Source of the DNA: Myxococcota bacterium
GTDB taxonomy: Bacteria > Myxococcota_A > Polyangia > Polyangiales > Sandaracinaceae
Direction of reading: 5' to 3'
Assembly (NCBI GenBank): GCA_036149055.1
Contig: JAYZQJ010000205.1
Span: 1 to 26,802 of the forward strand
Length of the DNA: 26,802 nucleotides
Shown here one piece after another: positions 16,202-24,361 of the stretch; position 1 is the stretch's first letter; every line of letters starts with the position of its first letter. Made by a program: the position numbers and the translations under genes. The notes beneath the pieces were generated by a model, which had not been told where the DNA came from, ran no database searches, and was given only the letters and a program-made list of their open reading frames with translations.

Positions 16202-17233
16202 TCAGAGGATCGAGAGCGTGTCGTTGATGACGCGGAACGCGCGGTCGTGGATGGCCCAGCTGGGGAAGTCGAAGCGTCGGCCGCGGCTGAGGGACCAGAT
16301 GCGGAGCGGGCGGCCGTGGACCGCGAGGAGGGAGACCGGGATCTCGTGGGGGATGCCCTGCGCGTCCTTGGCGTGCAGGACGTGGAAGCCGCGGCCGACG
16401 AGCGCGCCCTCGCCTTCGTCCATCTCGCGGCTCTTCACCGCCTCGATCTCGAGGCCGCGCCGCTCGAGCTCGCGGCGCACGGCGGCCAGGTCGTCGTCGG
16501 CGCTCGGGGCGGCGACGCCGAGGTCGAGCTCCACCCGGATGACCCCGGTGAAGGCGCCGCGTGGGTCGCGGTGGAAGAGATCCATCGCGCGGTGGGTCTC
16601 GGTCGCGCCCGGCGCGTCGAGCGCCTTGAACGAGGCCGGCGCCTCGAACGCGATCGCGTCGAGCAGGGTGCGGCGCACGTGGGGCTCGACGGTGCGGCGC
16701 GGGCTGGGGCGGGTGACCCGGAAGGTGCTCATCATCGCGGCGAAGGTGTCCGCGTAGTCCGGGTACTCCTCGGCGGGGGCCATGCCGGTGACGAAGAAGG
16801 CCCGGTCGCCGTCCATGAAGACCGCGACCCGGAGCAGGAACGGGGCGCCCTCGATCATCAGCCGCATGAGCCCGTTCGACAGCGTGGCCGAGGGCGCGCG
16901 AATCGCGATCAGCTCGGCCCGGGCCTCGAGGGCGTGCAGCATCAACAGGTGCTCCGCGCTCAGCTCCCGGGGCAGCCCGATCGCCTGGACGTGGAACATC
17001 ATCGGCCCGATGCGCTGCGCGGGGTCGTCCCAGCCGGACAGCGGCGTGAGGCGCTCGGCCGAGACCGCGCGATCGGTCCCCGGCATCTCCAGCCGCTCCC
17101 AGCGCCGCGGCACTCGGACCTCGAAGGCGAAGTCCGGGTTCGCGGTGGGGCCGACCTGGCGCACGGTGAACTCGTCGCGCAGGGCGGCGTCGGAGATGGC
17201 GGCCCCGGTGGGCAAGAGGTCTTCCGCGCTCAC
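16202..17233 (-). CDS. Tandem PsbP/Mog1/DcrB-like protein (343 aa); effector partner (immunity or chaperone)
   Basis: GTG start 1 nt after the effector stop, with a GGAGG RBS; two halves, each opening with F-x-x-P-x-x-W/F (FEVRVPRRW; FEAPASF) and closing with an F-x-x-x-x-x-T-F/L helix (FAAMMSTF; FRVINDTL); no signal peptide. Confidence 0.6.
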   Translation of the reverse strand: MSAEDLLPTGAAISDAALRDEFTVRQVGPTANPDFAFEVRVPRRWERLEMPGTDRAVSAERLTPLSGWDDPAQRIGPMMFHVQAIGLPRELSAEHLLMLHALEARAELIAIRAPSATLSNGLMRLMIEGAPFLLRVAVFMDGDRAFFVTGMAPAEEYPDYADTFAAMMSTFRVTRPSPRRTVEPHVRRTLLDAIAFEAPASFKALDAPGATETHRAMDLFHRDPRGAFTGVIRVELDLGVAAPSADDDLAAVRRELERRGLEIEAVKSREMDEGEGALVGRGFHVLHAKDAQGIPHEIPVSLLAVHGRPLRIWSLSRGRRFDFPSWAIHDRAFRVINDTLSIL

Positions 17234-17234
17234 T

Positions 17235-18476
17235 TCAGTCTCCTCCGAAGTCCAGCCCGACGAGCAGCTTGAAGGACAGACCGAGGCCGAGGCCCAGCCG
17301 CAGGCGGCCGCCGGCCTTCACGCCCTGCCGGTTCGCGCGCGCCTCGCCCTCGGCGGCGGCGGCGGCGCCAGCGAGACCCTCGGCCTCGCCCTCGATGGTG
17401 ATGCCCCACTCACCGATCCCGAAGGGCAGCTCGGTGTCGGCGCCGAAGAGTCGCATCGCGAGGCCGACGGTAGAGTGATCGAAGGCGTCCTGGAGCCCGA
17501 TCCGGGTCTGACCGCCGGCGGTGACCCGGGCGAGGATCGCCTCGGCGCCGGCCGATCCGCGCGCCTCGACTCCGTCGGGCCCCGCGCGGACGCTGACCTT
17601 GGCCTCGGCCGCCGCGGTCAGCGCCTCGCCGCGCACCGTGGCGTTGGTGGTGTCGTTGCCGAAGCGGGTCTGGGCCTCGACCCCGGTCACCCGGGCCTCG
17701 GCGCCGGCCGCCGCGGTCACGCCGTCCTGGTTGGCGCTGACGGAGACGTTGCTGGTGGCCTGGGCGCGACCGACGCTGAGGTAGTTGTCGTCGTCCCCGA
17801 CGTGCGCGAGGCTCTGGTCGTAGTAGGTGTCGCTGCGGCTGACCTGGAGCGCGGTGTCGGCGGTGGCGCGCCTCGGGGCCCCTCGGCTCCGCTCCCACAC
17901 CGTGGGCTGATCGCGGATGTCGCCCGTGTGCTTCAGCGACAGCGACCACGGGTTCTCGGCGTCGGGGTTCGCGTCGTCGAGGAGCGCGGCCAGCTCCCGC
18001 TCGTTCTCCGGGACGAGCTCCGGGTCCGGCAGGCCGACGAGGTTCCCGTCCTCGTCGAGGTACATCGTGTGGCCGATGGCCTGCCAGAGCATCGTGCCCT
18101 GCGTGTTGCCGGGGCCGAGCGGGCTCGGGCAGTTCATCTCCATCAGCGACGTGTGGAAGACCACCCGGTTTCCTTCGGCGAGCACGTTCGGGGTGTGCGA
18201 GCCGGTGACGACGTGGGTGTAGGCGCCGCCCGCGTGCACCCCGCTGACCACGCCGCCGCCGTCGCCCGCCTCGTCGCCGATCACGCCGGGGATGGAGGAG
18301 ACGATGGTGAACGCCGGGTCCTCGGTGAAGAGCACCGTCTCGGCGAGCTGAATCGACGGGGGGAAGTAGGCGACGATCGAGTACGGCACCGGCGCGCCGC
18401 CGGTCAGGCAGACGTCGGGGCTGTTGCTCACCACCACCGGCTCGGCGGTGCGCCGGGCCGCTTCGTTCTCCGCCAT
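17235..18476 (-). CDS. DUF4150 (PAAR-like/PIPY) spike-tip protein fused to a beta-rich C-terminal putative effector domain (413 aa)
   Basis: PDVCLT...PVPY, GDEAG...GVVSG, NVLAEG, MN...GNTQG motifs; TGATG coupling to DUF2169; Ala/Gly/Val/Glu alternating C-terminus. Confidence 0.85.
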   Translation of the reverse strand: MAENEAARRTAEPVVVSNSPDVCLTGGAPVPYSIVAYFPPSIQLAETVLFTEDPAFTIVSSIPGVIGDEAGDGGGVVSGVHAGGAYTHVVTGSHTPNVLAEGNRVVFHTSLMEMNCPSPLGPGNTQGTMLWQAIGHTMYLDEDGNLVGLPDPELVPENERELAALLDDANPDAENPWSLSLKHTGDIRDQPTVWERSRGAPRRATADTALQVSRSDTYYDQSLAHVGDDDNYLSVGRAQATSNVSVSANQDGVTAAAGAEARVTGVEAQTRFGNDTTNATVRGEALTAAAEAKVSVRAGPDGVEARGSAGAEAILARVTAGGQTRIGLQDAFDHSTVGLAMRLFGADTELPFGIGEWGITIEGEAEGLAGAAAAAEGEARANRQGVKAGGRLRLGLGLGLSFKLLVGLDFGGD

Positions 18477-19468
18477 CAGCTCGCCTCCCGCATGCAGATC
18501 TCGAGCACCCGCAGCTCGTCGACCTTCGGCACCCGGACCCGGTGCACGCAGCTGACCTTCGACGCGTGGAGATCGATCACCAGGGTGTCGAGCCGGGTCG
18601 GGTGAGTGGCGATGCGGCCGCCGCGGTAGCGGAAGCGCGCGTCGATCTCCCAGCGCGGGGCCGCGAAGCCGAGCGGGCCGTCGGCGCTCGCCCCGCTGAT
18701 CGTGATCAGCGCGCCCTGGAGCGGGCGGTCGGTGATCAGGGCCGGGTTGGCGCCGTTGTAGAACGCGTGGTCGAAGTCGTGGGGCGGCAGCGGCCACTGC
18801 GCCTCCTTCCACGCCTCGTCGTAGGTGCCGGCGAGCGCGAGGCGCGGCTGCCAGGGGCGCGAGGTCCAGCCGAAGCCGGCCGGGGGCGTCTCGTCGCGGG
18901 GCGAGGTGACGGGGCGCGCCGGGTCCTCGATCTGCGGCGCCGGCAGGGCGTCGGGCGGGTCGCTCTCCTCGGGGAGCCAGCCGAGCCCGATCGGGTTGCT
19001 CTCGCAACGACGCACGGTCTCGCCGTCGTCCCAGGCGCCGCCGAACGCGCGCTCGTAGCGGAGCGGGACCCGGTCGACCGGCTCGGCGTCGGTGAGCGTG
19101 AAGCCGCCCCCGTCCTTCACGAACTGGCGCGGGCCGTGAACCCGGAGAGCGCGCGTCTCGTCGTCGACCCGCAGGTGGACTTCCCACGATCTCGTCGGCT
19201 CGGGCGCGACCGCGTCGCCGATCACCACCACGTCGTTGCGCGGCTTGAAGGGCGCCAGGTCGCTCTCCTGCCGCACGCTCGAGTCGTTCGGCGCGCCCCA
19301 GTAGGCGTCGGCCACGCACACCGGCTCCTGGTCCCGCGCGATCGTCAGCCGCCGGCCGTCCACCAGGTCGTAGGTGGCCCGCACGACGACCACGTCGTGG
19401 AAGTCCCCGCTCGCGTCCTGCGAACGAAACCAGAACGGGGAGAAGGGGGAGTGGCAGCGGATGTCCAT
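18476..19468 (-). CDS. DUF2169 family T6SS adaptor/chaperone (330 aa)
   Basis: VVVVRATYDL, ESDLAPFKPRNDVVV, PLRYERAFGG, NPIGLG, PAGFG...WQPR...AGTYD..W...P.DFD..FYN.A, LDTLVID; TGATG overlap with the vgrG stop. Confidence 0.93.
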   Translation of the reverse strand: MDIRCHSPFSPFWFRSQDASGDFHDVVVVRATYDLVDGRRLTIARDQEPVCVADAYWGAPNDSSVRQESDLAPFKPRNDVVVIGDAVAPEPTRSWEVHLRVDDETRALRVHGPRQFVKDGGGFTLTDAEPVDRVPLRYERAFGGAWDDGETVRRCESNPIGLGWLPEESDPPDALPAPQIEDPARPVTSPRDETPPAGFGWTSRPWQPRLALAGTYDEAWKEAQWPLPPHDFDHAFYNGANPALITDRPLQGALITISGASADGPLGFAAPRWEIDARFRYRGGRIATHPTRLDTLVIDLHASKVSCVHRVRVPKVDELRVLEICMREAS

Positions 19469-21456
19469 CAGTTGAGGTGGATGAGGGACCCGACCACGAA
19501 CACGTCGCCGCTCGCGCTGAAGCGGAACTCGGTGCCCTCGATCGTGATGGTGCCGTCCTTCTCCATGAAGATGCGGGACTGGCCGCAGCGGAGCTCCAGC
19601 GAGTCGCCCGCGGTCAGGAGGTGGGTGGCACCGACCCGCATCGTGCGGTGGCCGCCGACCTGGGTGTTCTCGTTCTCGACCACCCCGGCGGTCCGGTTGG
19701 CGCCGACCATCACCGTCTCGTTCGCGCCGACGTTGCGCGTTCGGTTCGCGCCGACGTTGAGCGTCTCGTTGACGTGCACGGTCTTCACGCGGTTCTTGTC
19801 CACGGTGACCCGCTCGTCGTTGCCCACCGTGCGGGTGCGGTTGCGGACGACGTTCTGGGTCTCGTCGTGGCGCACGTCCCGGTACAGGTCGTTCTCGATG
19901 ACCGTGTTCCAGTCCTTCTCGCCGTGGACCCAGATCTCCTCTTCGCCCTTGGTGTCGTCGAAGCGGAGCTCGTTGTAGCCGTCGCCCCCCGGGTAGCTGT
20001 TCGTCTTGAACGTGCTGACCATCTTCTTGTCGGGCAGCGGGTAGGGGACGTCGTTGTCGCCGTTGTAGACGCAGCCGGTGACGAGCGGGCGGTCGAGGTC
20101 GCCGTCGAGGAACGAGACCACCACCTCCATGCCGACCCGCGGCAGGACGAAGGCGCCCCACGCGTTGCCGGACCAGGTCTGCATGCAGCGGATCCAGCAG
20201 GTGGTCTTCTCGTCCATCTCGCCGAGGCGGTCCCAGTGGAACTGGACCTTCACCCGGCCGCGCTCGTCGGTGTGGATCTCCTCGCCCGCCGGGCCGGTGA
20301 CGATCGCCGTCTGGAGCCCGTGGACCCGGGGGCGCTGGCGGGTGCGCTTCGGCCGGTAGGGCACGTCGCCGAGCACCACGGTCATCTCGTTGTCGTAGTG
20401 CAGGCCGAGGTCGCCGCGCGCGTGCGTGCCCAGGCGGTGGGTGGCCCGGACGATCGTGTACTCGGCGTTGAGCGGGAGCGAGGGGTGGCCGTTGAGCGCG
20501 AACTTCAGCCCGCAGCGCACGCCGAGCACGGTGCTCTTGCCGGTGAAGCGCCGGGCGTCGCGCCACTGGGCCTCGCGCCGCAGCCGCTGCTGATCGGTCA
20601 CGTCGTGGGCCCGGTAGGCGAGCTGGTACTCGTTCAGGGTGAAGGCCTCGTCGTGCTCGTAGGACTCGCGGGTCGGGCCGAAGGAGCCGCCGTCCGGCCC
20701 CTCGCCGGGGCGCTCGCCCGCCGCCTCGCCCTCGATGAGCACCGACGGATGCGTCCAGTCGAAGTGGCGCGTCTTCACCTCGGTGCGGCCGAGCTCGGTG
20801 ACCGGCTCGAACGAGCGCACGTACTCCTGCTCGATCAGCCCGCCGCCGCCCACCGTGTCGCTGTACTCGAGGAGCGCCTCGTCCATCGCGGGGTGCTGCG
20901 ACGGGTCGTCGAAGAGCACCATGCGCTCGGCGTCGCCGGTGGCCTCGAAGCGGTAGAGGATGCCCTCCTCCTCCATCAGCCGGTGCACGAAGTCGAAGTG
21001 GCTCTCCTGGTACTGCACGGTGTACTCGCGCAGCGGGTAGGTCCGCTGCACCTCCACCTGGACCTCGCGGCCGTAGGGGGCCAGGGCCTCGGTCAGGACC
21101 TCCGCGAGGATGGTCGGGACGCTCTTCTCCTGGAAGATGCGGGAGTCGCGCCCGTGCCGCAGCACCGCGAGGGCCGGCTCGATGACGACGCGCGCTCCGG
21201 CGTCCCGGTCGTGGTCGTGGCGCACCCGGACCGAGCTGACGATCCCGGCGTAGACGTTCTCGGTGAGATCGCGCCGGAGGATCAGCGACGCCGGGCTGCC
21301 GAGCAGCTCCAGCGGATCGACGCCCGGGATGCGCGTCTTGATGTCGACGACGGCCACGTAGGGCTCGTGCGTCGCCGAGCGGACGGTCGCGCCCTCGACC
21401 GTCCAGGGGATCCCTTCGCTCGCGTCGGCGAGGAAGACTGCTTCCACCTGATTCAT
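19468..21456 (-). CDS. vgrG: Type VI secretion spike protein VgrG (662 aa)
   Basis: SRIFQ, REYTVQYQESHFDFVHRLMEEEGI, GLQTAIVTGPAGEEIHTDERGRVKVQFHWDR, PRVGMEVVVSFLDGDLDRP, NELRFDD, gp5-type 8-residue VGxNxT repeats; GGAGG RBS. Confidence 0.97.
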   Translation of the reverse strand: MNQVEAVFLADASEGIPWTVEGATVRSATHEPYVAVVDIKTRIPGVDPLELLGSPASLILRRDLTENVYAGIVSSVRVRHDHDRDAGARVVIEPALAVLRHGRDSRIFQEKSVPTILAEVLTEALAPYGREVQVEVQRTYPLREYTVQYQESHFDFVHRLMEEEGILYRFEATGDAERMVLFDDPSQHPAMDEALLEYSDTVGGGGLIEQEYVRSFEPVTELGRTEVKTRHFDWTHPSVLIEGEAAGERPGEGPDGGSFGPTRESYEHDEAFTLNEYQLAYRAHDVTDQQRLRREAQWRDARRFTGKSTVLGVRCGLKFALNGHPSLPLNAEYTIVRATHRLGTHARGDLGLHYDNEMTVVLGDVPYRPKRTRQRPRVHGLQTAIVTGPAGEEIHTDERGRVKVQFHWDRLGEMDEKTTCWIRCMQTWSGNAWGAFVLPRVGMEVVVSFLDGDLDRPLVTGCVYNGDNDVPYPLPDKKMVSTFKTNSYPGGDGYNELRFDDTKGEEEIWVHGEKDWNTVIENDLYRDVRHDETQNVVRNRTRTVGNDERVTVDKNRVKTVHVNETLNVGANRTRNVGANETVMVGANRTAGVVENENTQVGGHRTMRVGATHLLTAGDSLELRCGQSRIFMEKDGTITIEGTEFRFSASGDVFVVGSLIHLN

Positions 21457-21549
21457 GATCCTCCCCGTGCGGCGACGCCGCGGTCCTTGCCCGCTCCCCC
21501 TACGCGGGAGGTCGCGGATCGGTTCGCGGGTTTATCACGAAAACGGGCC

Positions 21550-22401
21550 TCACCGCGCGGGCAGCGGGGCGAGGTCGTCGGGCACGGACAGGTGGAAGTG
21601 GAAGCGATGCAGCGGGTTGTGCATTCGCATCGCGTGGGAGAACGGGGTCTCGAGCCCGCGCTCCTCGTACCAGGCCCTGAACGGGTGAATCAGGTCCGGG
21701 TCGTTGTAGTAGATGCGGATCCGGCCGTCGGCGCAGACGGCGAGGATCTTCGCGAGGTCCATCACCCGGGCGCGCAGCGAGGCCACCTCCCGCCGGCTCC
21801 GGTGCTCGTAGTTGTCCGGGTAGCGGCGGCCGCCCTCGTTGCGCGCGATCATCGCCTCGGTGAGGTAGAGGTCGACGTCGACGCCGCGGTCGTGGGTCTG
21901 GTGGCGGGGGCCCGGCGCGTCGAGGTCGCCGACCGTCACGTGCTCGCCGGGCCAGCGCCGCTGGTACTCGGCGGCCGCGGTCAGCACGAGCGAGACCAGC
22001 CCGGGCCGGGCCCAGCGGTGGTCGTCGGTGGTGTTGCGCCAGATCTCGTAGAGCCCGTCCGGAGGGTCCGGCAGCCGCCACTTGCACGCCGGGTAGGGCC
22101 GCCCGGCGGCGCAGCCCTCGGTCTGCTCGATCTCGAGCTGCGGCTGGCGGCAGACGTAGTCCTCCTCGGCGGGCGGCCGGCGGAGGTTGCCGCGGTCGTC
22201 GTAGCGCCAGGAGGCGTCCACGCGCCCCGCGTCCTCGGGCGCCGGGGCCCCCGCGTCCGCGGGCGCCGCCTCGGCCTCGCTCGGGGGCGCGTCCTCGGTG
22301 CGGGCGTCGCCCACGAACCGCCCGGCCCCCGCGATCGCGCCCGCGGCCAGCGCTGCCACCGCGATGGGGGCGCCCACCTTCAGCCACGTGCGCGTCGCCA
22401 T
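21550..22401 (-). CDS. MepA-like penicillin-insensitive murein endopeptidase (LAS-type Zn peptidase, 283 aa)
   Basis: N-terminal signal/anchor; VGDL, HQTHDRGVDVD (H-x-S/T-H-x-x-G-x-D-x-D) and HRFHFH (H-x-x-H-x-H). Confidence 0.8.
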   Translation of the reverse strand: MATRTWLKVGAPIAVAALAAGAIAGAGRFVGDARTEDAPPSEAEAAPADAGAPAPEDAGRVDASWRYDDRGNLRRPPAEEDYVCRQPQLEIEQTEGCAAGRPYPACKWRLPDPPDGLYEIWRNTTDDHRWARPGLVSLVLTAAAEYQRRWPGEHVTVGDLDAPGPRHQTHDRGVDVDLYLTEAMIARNEGGRRYPDNYEHRSRREVASLRARVMDLAKILAVCADGRIRIYYNDPDLIHPFRAWYEERGLETPFSHAMRMHNPLHRFHFHLSVPDDLAPLPAR

Positions 22402-22442
22402 CGCCGGGGCACGTAGCGGGCATGCGCGCGGGGCGCCAGCGA

Positions 22443-22961
22443 TCAGCCGCAGTCGATGGCGAACCAGAGCACGAGCTTCGGGCGCGGGCGCGCCTTCCAC
22501 ATCGCCGGCCCGAGGAAGAGCGAGGGGCCGACCTGGCGGAGCTCGTCGTGGATCTGGCGGATGAGCCACGGGTTCTCGGGGCGGTCGTAGTCCAGCAGGA
22601 TGGCCGGCGCGCCGTCGATCTCCGAGGCGCCGAAGCGGAGGTGGAACGGGAACTGGCTGCCGAGGCCGATCACCCGGTTGATGCCGTCGCCGGTCTGGCC
22701 GTCGAAGGAGCGGAAGCTCTTGCCGCGCCAGGGGAACCAGTCGGCCCGGGCCAGCTCGGCGATCGACTCGCGATACTGCTCGAGGGGCGGCACCAGGGTG
22801 AGCATCCGGCCGCGCGGGGCGCCGTCGAGCGGGTCGAGGCGGTCGGGCACGGACGCGCGGCGGTAGAGCGCGTCGAGCGCGTCCACCGTCATCACGGCGA
22901 GCTCGTCGACGTGGGGCGGGCGCGGCTGCGGGTCGGCGGTGATCGGGGTGGTGGTCGTCAT
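22443..22961 (-). CDS. Conserved hypothetical protein (172 aa; WRGKSF / GINRV / LDYD..ENP / DELRQV..LFLG family)
   Basis: ATGA overlap with the TetR stop; recognisable conserved motif series; function unknown. Confidence 0.75.
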   Translation of the reverse strand: MTTTTPITADPQPRPPHVDELAVMTVDALDALYRRASVPDRLDPLDGAPRGRMLTLVPPLEQYRESIAELARADWFPWRGKSFRSFDGQTGDGINRVIGLGSQFPFHLRFGASEIDGAPAILLDYDRPENPWLIRQIHDELRQVGPSLFLGPAMWKARPRPKLVLWFAIDCG

Positions 22962-23557
22962 GGCTCCGGCTCCTCTCGGGTCTCGTTCGCCGGATCCCCC
23001 CGGCGCACGGCGCTCCAGGCGCAGCTCTCGGCCTGCGCCCAGAGCGCGTCGCTCGCTTCCACGTGGCCCAGCCGCGCCGCCTTCATCAGGCCCGAGAACA
23101 CCCCCCAGACCACCGCGGCCAGCGCCTCCGGCGGCATCGCGCGCACGATCCGCTCGCGCCGCGCGTGCTCGAAGAAGGCGAGCACCGGGCTCAGCGCCTG
23201 CCGCTCGCGCTCGAGGTTCTCGGCGTCGAGGTACGGCTGGTGGTGGTGCAGCTCCAGGAAGTCGAAGACCTCGGGCCGCGCGCGGAAGAAGGCGACCAGG
23301 CGGTGGAAGAAGGCCCGGTGCTGCTCGCGCGCGGTGGCGTCGAAGGGGAAGTCGGTCAGCAGCGCCGCCATCAGCGCGTCCTTGCACTCGCGATAGAGCG
23401 CGTTGACCAGCTGCTCCTTGCTCTCGAAGTGACGGTACGGCGTGCCCGCGCCGATGCCCGCGCGCTCGGCGAGGGCCGGCATGCTCGTCCCGTGGAAGCC
23501 GCGCTCGGAGAAGAGGCCGAGGGCGGCGTCGAGGATCTGGGCGCGGATGGGCGTCAC
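22958..23557 (-). CDS. TetR/AcrR family transcriptional regulator
   Basis: ILDAALGLFSERGFHGTSMPALAERAGIGAGTPYRHFESKEQL helix-turn-helix; start GTG 23557 (or ATG 23578, which lies inside the operator). Confidence 0.93.
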   Translation of the reverse strand: MTPIRAQILDAALGLFSERGFHGTSMPALAERAGIGAGTPYRHFESKEQLVNALYRECKDALMAALLTDFPFDATAREQHRAFFHRLVAFFRARPEVFDFLELHHHQPYLDAENLERERQALSPVLAFFEHARRERIVRAMPPEALAAVVWGVFSGLMKAARLGHVEASDALWAQAESCAWSAVRRGDPANETREEPEP

Positions 23558-23567
23558 TTCTTCGTTG

Positions 23568-23635
23568 TGAATGATCATTCGCTGCTATTCAAGTCGATCG
23601 AGGTTGTTCTGGTGTCGTCATGAATGATCGTTCGC
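23568..23635. promoter_or_regulatory. Two TetR-type operators: GAATGATCATTC (23569-23580, perfect palindrome) and GAATGATCGTTC (23622-23633)
   Basis: 15-bp direct repeat TGAATGATCRTTCGC, 53 bp apart, AT-rich in a GC-rich background; the first sits between a minus-strand TTGAAT (23592-23587) and a weak CACAAC box 17 bp away. Confidence 0.75.
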
Positions 23636-23666
23636 GGGCAGGGGCACGGGCAGGGGCACGGGCACG
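23635..23666 (+). repeat. Short tandem hexamer repeat (C/G)GGGCA x5
   Basis: cgggca ggggca cgggca ggggca cgggca cg. Confidence 0.75.
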
Positions 23667-23701
23667 AGGCGTGGGCGGGGCGTTCGTGTAGCTTCGGGGA
23701 G

Positions 23702-24190
23702 GTGAACGACTCTCTCGATCAGACCCTCATCGCGCCGCCGCCGTTCGTGGAGGTGGAGCTCGTCTACGAAGCCGGCCGGGCCGGGCTGACCGGGCGCGGG
23801 TGGTGCGCGCTCCAGGTGTGGACGCAGAAGAGCGTCTACGACGTCGACTGGGGCATGCGCTGCTTCCGGGTGACCGACCGGGCGACCGACGAGGCCATCC
23901 CCGGGCACCGGCTCCTGAACGCCAAGCTCACCGGCGGGCAGAAGCGGGACGGGCGCAACCTGGAGCTGGTCTACCCGGTGCCGTCCCCCGGGGTGGCCGC
24001 GGTCTTCGAGGTCGGCGAGGGCAAGGACGCCGAGTACGTCACCACCAGCGAGGTGAGCCGGGTGGTCCTTCGGCTGCGGGTGATCTCGGTCACTGAGGAG
24101 GAGAAGGAGCCCAGCTGGAAGGGCCTCTCCGGCTCCTTCGAGGTCCCGGAGGCGCTCCGGGGGACCCGGGTGGGGCACGACGATCCCTGA
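23702..24190 (+). CDS. Conserved hypothetical protein (~162 aa)
   Basis: Clean GC3 codon pattern from GTG 23702; motifs QVWTQKSVYDVD, LTGGQ, PSPG..AVF, TSEVSRVVLRL; the upstream extension runs over the hexamer repeat and operator. Confidence 0.7.
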   Translation: MNDSLDQTLIAPPPFVEVELVYEAGRAGLTGRGWCALQVWTQKSVYDVDWGMRCFRVTDRATDEAIPGHRLLNAKLTGGQKRDGRNLELVYPVPSPGVAAVFEVGEGKDAEYVTTSEVSRVVLRLRVISVTEEEKEPSWKGLSGSFEVPEALRGTRVGHDDP

Positions 24191-24204
24191 CCGAAATCAG
24201 CGCG

Positions 24205-24232
24205 TTGACACCCTGCCGCCGATGCATATACT
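24205..24232 (+). promoter_or_regulatory. Sigma70-type stable-RNA promoter
   Basis: TTGACA (24205-24210), 16-bp spacer, TATACT (24227-24232), then a GC-rich discriminator CCGCCG, just upstream of the tRNA. Confidence 0.85.
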
Positions 24233-24245
24233 CCGCCGTCCTCGC

Positions 24246-24319
24246 GCCGATGTAGCTCAGGTGGCTAGAGCGGGCGTTTCATACGCGCTAGGTCAGTGGT
24301 TCGACTCCACTCATCGGCA
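24246..24319 (+). tRNA. tRNA with CAT anticodon, most likely elongator tRNA-Met; CCA not encoded
   Basis: Acceptor GCCGATG/CATCGGC, D-arm GCTC/GAGC, anticodon loop TT-CAT-AC, T-arm AGTGG-TTCGACT-CCACT; paired G1-C72 and no GGG/CCC anticodon stem, so not the initiator; Ile2 not strictly excluded. Confidence 0.93.
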
Positions 24320-24361
24320 CTAGGCATGGCCCGGAGCATCCCAGCTCCGGGCCTTCTCTTT

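Noticed and set aside
24246..24330. tRNA as the attachment site of an integrated island
   Set aside because: No integrase and no duplicated tRNA 3' end seen in the window.
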